Source: Octopus sinensis (taxonomy: Eukaryota). From it: 26,937 bases of DNA. Below, in pieces: positions 18,173 through 26,937 of the stretch. The stretch spans positions 1 through 26,937 of the forward strand of contig NW_021833411.1 in assembly GCF_006345805.1 (NCBI RefSeq), in the 5' to 3' direction. The translations under genes were made by a program, and so were the position numbers. Within the stretch, counting starts at the first letter, position 1; each line of letters opens with the position of its first letter. Under the pieces are notes generated by a model. It searched no databases. It saw only the letters and a list, made by a program, of their open reading frames with translations, and was not told the origin of the DNA.

Positions 18173-21100
18173 CTAGGTCTCGCATGGTCCACACTGGGAT
18201 ACTAATATGACAATACAGTCAATTTCCGACTGATGGAGGGACCCCTTCTTCAGCCAACCTAATATCACAGAGATCAGCGAGTCGTCCAACATGTGGGAAT
18301 TTTCGCTCAGAAGAACTCGAAGGAAGGCAACAAATCTGCAGTCGACATCCTCGTCAATCCTGAGGTCTTCGGTTGGGTAAATTGAAGAAGGGACACTGCA
18401 ATAGAACAACCTAATCAACCGCGAATTGAAGATAATCCTCGAAAAAACGTCCCCAATGTCGATTTCACAGAAATATTCCTCTCAAAGATGAAAGAACGAG
18501 GAGTACCACTCATATTCCATTCCAACACCTCAATCAAGGCCAGAAACGCCGCTCTCCACAAGTTCGGGGAACAGGCGTATTTGCACGATCCAACGTACCC
18601 CAATGTCTACCACTCACCAATCACATCAACCTCGATTATCTTTTTGAAGCAGTCTATCCCAAATTTCCCACCACGGAGAACCGAGCAGTGTCCGGAGAGA
18701 ATGGAGACCACTTTAACGGATAAACAAACGTGTCCAAATGCACCCAAATCCGCCTGGAATTAGTCACTGTCGTCTAACCGTGCCATAATCCCCCTCCGAC
18801 ACCAGTTTGAGTGGAGTGTCCTCAAAAACCGGGTTATTGAGACCCAGAGTGATAAATTGAGTAATTGTGTAACAAATTCCACGTGGAAAGAAGAGGAATG
18901 GACCTCAAACCTCTGCTATTAACTGAACTGGCACAACCTGACACAAAAACATTAAATTTTCGACGACAGCGTTCTGCAGCTGAGTAAGTGAGTTGACGGA
19001 CTTTGACTGAACGACGGAAGCAAACTCGCCGAGGACGGGGACACTCAGGAACTCGTAGTTGACCCTCACAAATGACCCGATTCTCCCGTCATCCAAACTG
19101 CCACGTAAGCAAATTAGAAGGCAACTCTAAAAAAGGAGTGACTTGTAGCATCAGGCCGAATGCTTGGGCAAACGTGGCCAAGTGTGCCTGACTGTAGGGA
19201 AGACTGGGACTGTCCTTTAGATCCGTGTATCGGAGTCGGCCAAAGTACGTGCCAAGGGATATCCAATTGTTCCAACTGAGGGTCAGAGATCTCTCCATTT
19301 CCTCCGAGCTCGGGAATCTCTCCAAAGTATGACAGAAAGAAAAAATAACGGCCAACGCCAAGGTCTCAGAGGAGTGAATGAACCCCTGACCACCAAGTCG
19401 AGATACTTGTCCCAGAATCCGTCAAACACATCTGAAATGAGCACGGAAAATACCCTCTTTGATGAGAAGAGGCATTCTGAGGGAGAATATGCGGGATAAT
19501 CCGTCAAAATATTGCACAAAAGTGTCGACCCACTCCGAATGAGTAATGGAAGTGAGGACAGTCTCCCAAATCATGGTCTGTGTGTCGAAGAGACCTTTGA
19601 GGAGTGTAACCCACTGGGAGTCCTCGATGGACTTGTTGTTAGCAGTGATGGCCGAATAGAGTGAGTTGACGGCACACCGACGGAGGGAGTATCTCTCATC
19701 CATGCAGCAGGCCGACAGATTGGCGAATATGTGACAGAACATATCCGGTGCATGAACACATCTGGTCGCACATTCCCCACTACCAGTAATCCACTACACT
19801 ACCAGTAATCCTATGCAGGACAGACTCGTATTCAAATCCACCTTCCCCGTGGCAAATTGGACGACCAAATCAGCGAGAATGTGGACATTTTCCACACACA
19901 TATACTCCAAGTGTCGTTCGGATATTGTCTGGACAGTCTTGAATGCCCTCTTGGTATCACTGTCATGTCACAACAGGCCATTACACTCCCCTCAGACTGT
20001 TCAATAAGAGTGACCAGACTTCTCCCTCCGTCGGACATGTTGATAATATCAAATTGATACAATCCAGTTGAACTCGTCTGCACTCCTCGTCGGGGGGAAG
20101 GAGGCGACCACCCGAGTAACTTCAACATGCAATAGAATGGCCACCATCAAAAGAACTGTACGATTTGACGAGAGCGAATATGACAAGTCCTGAGACAAGA
20201 CCGAGAGTGGCTGTCCTTAGTCGTTTGTTAGAGAAGGAAAGGAGTTGAAGAAGACAGTCGGTGGCCATATTCCACCACACATCGACCTTGGCAGCACACA
20301 GTCCACACAACTCCCCAATCCAGGCAGCAAAAAGGAGTTGCATGTCCTCCTAACATGAAGGGTGCCTCTACCTCGTGGTGACTCAGTTTGCCCAGTCTGG
20401 CGATATGGGACAGGACTTGCAGCTGGTCGTCCTTAGCACTGCAAATGGACAAACACACCAACCTGACATATCGGCATAGTCCGGGGATCAGACACATCTT
20501 ATCCCACACAATCTCGAAGGGGGGTCCTTCACAGGCACTGCAGTTGGAGGTGGAGAGCACATCCATGACTGCAGTGAAATTGAACGTAGGTCTCATTCCA
20601 CGCAAAATGGCCATGTTCTGGGAATATCAAACACACCCACATTAAAACACAACACAAGAGGACCCCACCCAGCCTCCAATCCTCCCTCGGAAACCAATCG
20701 AATGAGGACCTGTTCTGCCATTTCCCTTTTACGACGTTCCTATGAGTGTACAGAGAAATATGACCACACTATGAATACTTCCATAGACATCTTCGTACAC
20801 GTGGGAGTACCCGAAATCTGCAAGTCGACAGTAACCAGTACAGTTCTCCAAATACGTGTGCACATTGTCGTAGGATAACACTCCCGTGAATCTCCGAGGG
20901 AGCATCGCGGAGGACACGAGTGCCACCAACAAGTCGACTTGGCAAGTCAGTCCCCGCCTATTCCACTCTCGCACTACTCCCTCCACCACCAAGAAAGCAA
21001 ATTAGTCATTTAGAGTCGCAAGTACTACAAATAACAACGAGAGGCCACCAGGATCATAAACAGACTGAGGGATTTCACAATGTCCTCCAAAACAAGAGAA

Positions 21101-22627
21101 ATGAGCAGACGACCTCCCAACGTGTCCAGAAAGAGGGTCAGTTTGCCAACATGTCCTCCACCTGGTCATAGATCAGATTCAGCACGTGTGCAGGACTAAC
21201 CGAGGGTGCCTCCCCCTCCCCCATATTGACACTGGACGATTAGGAGGGTCACCTACCAGTGCACTGAACACCCGTCCGTGTAGACCAGTTTGATGAGAGG
21301 ATAAAACACGTTTCCGACACGGAATCCCAGCTGGTCATAAAATTCCGCAATTCCGTGATTTTGACTCCACAAAATGGATTCACTCCAGCAGAGAGCAGAA
21401 TATGTACTCAGACTCACTTTGATGACCTTAAAGTAGCAGGACCTCCTCTCACTGTCCTCCAACTCCACCGCCCTGCCACTTTCTCGCCAACCAAACCTTC
21501 TAACAAATGCGTCCTCAAGAAAGCCTGCAGGTGTCTGCGGCAAGAGAATAAAAGAAGACGTCCCGGTCTCCCATGAGGACCAGTTTAGACAGGAGACCGG
21601 CAATGAGATGACTCTCCAGTGCCTACCACATCAAAACGTGTCCAAACCAGAAAGTCAAATGTCCTGACTAGTAGGAATACCAATTTCATCAATTGTTGTC
21701 TTGCCGAAAAAGACACGTGCAGATATTGATTTTCGAATGTACGGCCGTGGGACAAGAGTTGGACGACGACCGAGCAGACCTGTGTCCTAACCAGGTCTCG
21801 GAAGACCTCTTTCTGGAATGATGTGACACCCCAACCGTGCTAAACAGCTTGTTGTTCAATACTGAAATAATTAGTTCAATAGAAAGGGCCATGCCCCCCA
21901 TTTTCTGAATCCACTTGGATTTGTCGCCTCCGGCCACTGCACACAAGTCCTGAAATATAGGCAAAAGTGACCTGAATGAACATGTAGGTGTCCCCCTCAT
22001 AGGAGTTGAGTCCCGGGGGGAGAGGACAGTCACTCACTCTCCGCGAAGTGGACGGGTCGTCGTTCAATGTCAGTGCACGATCAAATACAGAGGAGGCCAA
22101 CTGATTGACCACGGCCAGGCCGGCCATGCACGTGGTTTGTGTTGGTGACCCAATAACCCCGAAACAGAGGGAAATGACCCGTCGGAGGACATCCGAGGAT
22201 ATGTGCTCGTACATTGCCACCAGCGAAGACACGTCTGGAGGACCCGGAGTTCCTCGATTCCGTTATTGGGAAGAAGGGAGAGGAGGGAGACCAGGTGGTC
22301 CACGCCTGCCTGAGAATAAGTCTGGTCACTGCGTTGTCCAGGGCAGACTTTGTGGTGCAGTATCTGATCGACTGCAGACCGATTTTCACGGCTGAGGGAA
22401 TTCGCGAATTGACTGCCTCGAAGAAGGGGAAAGAAAGGGGACTGAGTTTTCTCGCATGGCTTTAATCAGAAATTCATCTTGTTTAATATCTGAAAGCAGT
22501 TTTATTGTGTTTACACACGACTATATTTAGGAGATTTGGATTACTGTTATTAGGTGCTCGGACTTTCTTTTTGCTTGATTTTTAAAGAGTTTAAATCCCT
22601 GGTCAGGATATCTATGAGGTCAGTCAT
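18173..22627 (-). CDS. MON2: MON2, copy 2 (frameshifted in this assembly, probably C-terminally truncated)
   Basis: Near-identical to 2691-7140 with the same intron positions. ATG at 22627. Differs by substitutions, 1-bp indels and an in-frame 6-nt indel near 20550. Confidence 0.9.
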
Positions 22628-22774
22628 GTGCGTCCACAAAACAATTTCTTTTTTAATTATTTAAATAGTAATCAATATGCTAATAATAATTAAACTTTAT
22701 TTATTAAATAAATTACTTTGTATTTTTTACGAAAATATTGATTTTAAAAAATATAGTTCAAGTTAACATTCAAG

Positions 22775-22933
22775 CTCCAAGGATCCTAGGGAATTTACAT
22801 TCCTAATCCAAAGGATCCTGTTGGCCGTTGTGCGCGGGAACAGCTGTTCCATCCGGCTTGCTGGCCGATTAATTTCTGATTAATTTAACTTTCCTTATTT
22901 CCTGATCTTTGTCACGACTTTCTTACATATTTG
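22775..22933 (+). mobile_element. CRE-like 3' tip, duplicated copy of 7289-7447
   Basis: Same sequence as 7289-7447. ACATTCAAG at 22766-22774 and 22934-22942. Confidence 0.8.
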
Positions 22934-23109
22934 ACATTCAAGAAAAAATGGGGAAAAAATAAAATGATATTTTCTAACAAATTGATTTTGACTATATTTG
23001 CGTAATACTGATCACAGTATGTACTCCAGTATTCATATCATAAATAAAAAAAAAATCTAATATTTAATTAAAAAACCTATATTTCAGGACAAGTTAAAAT
23101 CAATAGAAG

Positions 23110-23890
23110 TGATTGAGCAAGGAGAGTGATTGATAAGAATATCGGTCGAATTCTTATGGACAGTCATATCCACTTGAAACCGGCAAAAAAGACTTTATCT
23201 TTAAGAAAGGAATTTGGAGTAGCCTGGAGTCAGTTAGCAATAAAGCGGGAAGAATGCTTCTTCAATTTTATAGTGATTTGAAATACTGCCTAAAAAGAAC
23301 AGAAATTCTGCGTCCATTAATCCAAAGAAAACATATGGCCACTACCGTAGAATTCTTATCTTGAAAATACAATGAAAATGTATATGAATTGACAGTATCG
23401 GACCTGCTGAAAATTCAACGTGAATATTTATGGGAAAAATTGAAAAGAAGCCCTTTCAATCTATTTTGTTTCAATGCATAAAATACTGAAGTTGATGTTA
23501 ATTATGCTTGCGGGTTGTTAACCCATGGAAACAATTCCCCAAGCCTGTCCTACTGCAAGACCGAAATTTGTTTTTCAATAACGGAGAGATAAATGCAGTC
23601 ACTGCAACTTGGCAAGTCAAGTCAAAGTGGAATACGACTTGATGGCGAAAAAACTGGAAGCGATCCACCGCGCAAAAGTGAAGATCGTCTCTGTCATTAT
23701 GACCTTGGACGGATTTGTGTCAAAATTCTTTAAAACCCGCCTGAAGGCGCTTGTCGTGGAAGAAAGGGCGAAGGCATAGATTCAGACACTGGTGTTGCGG
23801 AAGACCTTAGAAAGCATGCAAGCCGAGACAAGGCACGGGTTTTCAATGTCTGTTGAGAAGGTAGCTACTGAATCTAGACTCGCGTTGATA
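23110..23890 (+). mobile_element. Degenerate R4-like fragment (family B, copy 2)
   Basis: Duplicate of 7620-8400. Retains an extra ~23 nt at ~23306-23327 that is missing from the other two copies. Confidence 0.72.
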
Positions 23891-24262
23891 TGAATCTGGA
23901 CATTCGTTCACTGAACGTAGGTGAGCCCTAAGAGGTGACGTTGATGTAACAAAATACTAAGAATTACGAAAACGAAAACTGAATAACTATTAATTATTTT
24001 TATTTGTGACTTTCAGAATTATGTATGCAAGGCGATTAACAAATGGGTGAAAGCGACATTGAGAAAACTTGATTATCAAAAACCGATCCCTAAACGGAGT
24101 AACTGCTCCGCGTATGGGCATATGGAATGTTAATTGATAGACGTTTAAAGTTTTTTTTTGCTTTATTCCTACTCGGATTATTTTGGTTGGATTATGTAAT
24201 TTCCATTTTACTTTGCTAGAAAGTTACTTTTCTGTTCATTTCGTAATTATAAATAATATAAA

Positions 24263-26937
24263 TAGTCATAGTCATTTCTTTCTTTTCATTGCACGTTGCT
24301 GTTGTTGTTGTTCATTTCTTTCTTTTCATTGTTCATTTCTTTCTTTTCATTTTTTCATTTCTTTCTTTTCATTTGTTCATTTTTCTTATTCTATAATCCA
24401 TTTTTGTAATTGTCATCTATCTAATAATCTCTCTCTTTTTCCATTTCTCTTTGTCATCCATTTTTAATTGTTTCTATCTTGCTCTCTTTCTATGTCTTTC
24501 TGTTTCCAACCCACTTCTGTTCAATGCTCTTTTTGCGAAGTTAGTAACAACCGCAAGAAAGGGAGAGTCTGTTCTAGTTGCGACAGATTCTTCCACCTTT
24601 CCTGTGTACATCTTTCCAGGCGCATTTCAGCTTCTCTTGTAATTTGGAACTGTCCTTCCTGCCGTACTCGCCAGCCGGTTCAGTCCTTTTGCCCGCAAGA
24701 ATTCCCCGAAAAAGTTCCAATCACAACATCCCCTCGTCAGCCGAGGAGCTCTAAGACGTATCCAATGTGTCCGTTCCATCCGCCATATCCCTGCGCGGAT
24801 TCCTAAGGCAGCCAGGTTTCAAGCTGCTCTCTCCTTGTCTACAGCTATCAATCGCGCTCTGTCCTCTAATGACGAGTGTGACTGGCTGCACCTTTTCGGT
24901 TTTGCTGTATTTGGTATCGGGATCCCGCCCTCTAATAGCAACTCTAAAAAACTTTCTTCCGCCTCGATAATAAAGCAACAACTTACCCTCTTCGATCATT
25001 GTAATTCATTGTTCTCTTTCCAGTTTGACTCTCTTCGCTCAGACTCCTCCCGTTCTGACTCTCACAAAATTGATGCCCCTTCTCCCGTGGACAGTGAAAC
25101 TTCCCCTGACAACAACTACTTTCGCCGCAGGGTAATTAGTAAATTAATGGATGGTGATGTCCGTGGAGCGGTCAGACTTGTTGCCTCTTCGAACCGACTG
25201 TTATCTCCCTCTCCATCGGTTTTGTCTAATCTGAGGTCTAAACACCCTCCGCATCCCGTTAATTACCGCACACCACCTGCTATTGATTCGATTGCATTTC
25301 CACAACTACTAGTTTCTGCGGAACAAGTTGTGAAGGCACTCAAAAGTTTCTCCCCAAGCAGCAGTGGGGGCATCGATGGTTTGAAACCAGACACATTAAA
25401 GATCTGATTTCTCCCCTAACTGCTGAGGCTGGTCGCCAACTATTGTCTTCTATTACGGATCTATGCAACCGCCTTATCGGGGGTGATTTACCTGACTTTG
25501 CACGGACGATTTTCTTTTCTGCTAATCTCACCGCCCTGGGGAAGAAAGATAATGGTGTTAGACCGATCGCCGTCGGCAATATTTTTCGCAGATTGGCCGG
25601 AAAGCTTGTCTGCCACGCAGTAGTCCCCGAGCTGGCCCAAAAATTTCTGCCCGCGCAATTGGGAGTTGGAATCAGCGGAGGTTGTGAGTCGGCCGCCCAT
25701 GCTGTAAGGGAACTAATGGAGACTCCAGAAGAATTTATTTTGGTTAAACTGGACATCTCCAACGCATTTAATTCAGTCAGAAGAGATTTCCTGTTGGAGT
25801 CCTGCTATGCTCTTGCCCCTCGGCTTATCGTCTGGTCCATCTATCTTACTCTCAACCAAGTCTCCTCTTGTTCGGTGATTCCGTTATCGTATCTTCGACC
25901 GGTGTACAACAGGGAGATCCTCTTGGTCCTCTGTTGTTTGCAATCTGCGTCAACTCCATCGCCCACTCTGTCCTTTCCCCTATAAACATCTGGTATTTTG
26001 ATGACGCCACAATATGTGGACCACCATGCTCTGTCCTAGAGGACCTTCGCGTAATTATCCCTGCCCTTTCATCTCTATTGGTCTTGAGATAAACTCTACC
26101 AAATCCGAAGTTATAAATCTCAATATCCCACACGGAATTTTTGTCGAAACTATGGCCGTTCTGGAAGATATTTTAAAAGGCGTGCGGATCACCGATAAAA
26201 AAACCTCCTCATCCTTGGCTCCCCAATTGGTCGCGAGGCTTTGTCTCAAACTCTTATTGACAAGGCAGCTGTTCTGTCATGCATTATTCAAAGACTCTCT
26301 CTCATCGACGCTCATGTCGGGTTCTTTCTTCTCCGTAATTACTTTTCAACTCCGAAGCTCCTATATACATTAAGAAGCTCTCCGTGTTTTCACGAACAAA
26401 ATCTCCTTTCCGTTATTGAAAATATTCTGAAGTCCGGAGCAGAGTCGCTATGCAACGTACGTTTCGACCCTCTGGGTTGGATTCAATCCACCCTGCCTGT
26501 AAGCCGCGGTGGGATTGGACTCCGTTCTCCCGTGTCTATCGCTCTTCCTGCTTTCCTTTCGTCAACGGCATCATCCCGTGTCCTCACTGACATTGTTCTC
26601 AGAAACCTACCCGAACGAAAAATGTCAGTTGATCACGTGGCCGCTTTGGACCTTGGGATTCATTGTACAACAAAAGACCCAGTGACCCGTGTATCCAAGC
26701 TCAATGGGATGCCATTTCTTGTGAAGCTCTTGACGTACATCTACGCAAAAATTTCGATCAGCACAGACTTGCATGTCTCCGCGCAGGCTGCTGCACAGGG
26801 AGTGGGGCCTGGCTGGATGCTCTCCCCGTCCCTTCCACCGGTAACTTACTAGACAAAGATTGCCTACGAATTGGTTTATCATTGCGTCTTGGATTGGAAA
26901 TCTGCGAAATACACAAATGTCGTTGTGGTGCTGTCAT
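24263..26937 (+). mobile_element. CRE-clade non-LTR retrotransposon with N-terminal PHD finger and reverse transcriptase; continues beyond the window
   Basis: ATG 24492. PHD CSFC-x10-CSSC-x3-FHLSC...WNCPSC; RIPKAARFQAALSL; SSGGIDGLKP; GVRPIAVGNIFRRLAGK; QLGVGISGGCE; KLDISNAFNSVRR; GVQQGDPLGPLLF; WYFDDATI; QSTLPVSRGGIGLR; WLDALP...LRIGLSLRLGLEICEIHKCRCG at the window edge. About 6 frameshifts. Left boundary defined by divergence from the duplicated flank at 24262/24263. Confidence 0.9.
24272..24373 (+). repeat. Four exact copies of the 19-mer TCATTTCTTTCTTTTCATT in the CRE 5' region
   Basis: Copies start at 24272, 24312, 24333 and 24355, separated by short GTT/T spacers. Confidence 0.9.

Noticed and set aside
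24183-24467. 94-aa Phe/Ser/His-rich ORF
   Set aside because: It is a translation artefact of the low-complexity pyrimidine repeat and crosses the element boundary.
1-26937. CRISPR arrays, rRNA, tRNA, prokaryotic operons or defence systems
   Set aside because: No regularly spaced repeat-spacer array or recognisable structural RNA was seen, and the intron-rich gene content is eukaryotic.

Overview
Eukaryotic, probably animal, genomic DNA with many 1-bp indels typical of long-read error, so most genes appear as several short ORFs. It is not prokaryotic and has no CRISPR, rRNA or tRNA. The window is a tandem segmental duplication with a period of about 15.45 kb. It carries three copies of a MON2 locus on the minus strand: a deleted remnant at 1-402 and two near-complete copies at about 2.7-7.1 kb and 18.2-22.6 kb, both apparently missing the extreme C-terminus. 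The single-copy spacer (9.3-17.4 kb) holds a one-ended Charlie/Buster-type hAT transposon, a decayed axonemal dynein 3' fragment, an SMC4 hinge fragment joined to the 3' half of an SLC7 amino-acid transporter light chain, and a nearly intact SLC3 heavy-chain gene convergent with that light chain. Several R4/Dong-like and CRE-like non-LTR retrotransposon fragments are scattered throughout, and a large PHD-finger CRE-like element runs off the right end. Host genes are split by many very short GT-AG introns (20-29 nt). The best leads are the tail-to-tail SLC7/SLC3 partner genes, the miniature introns, retroelements resembling microsporidian ones in an animal-like genome, and the intron-retaining gene-fragment mosaic. 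I found no clearly new biological system. Family assignments come from remembered motifs, not database searches, and assembly or amplification chimerism cannot be excluded.
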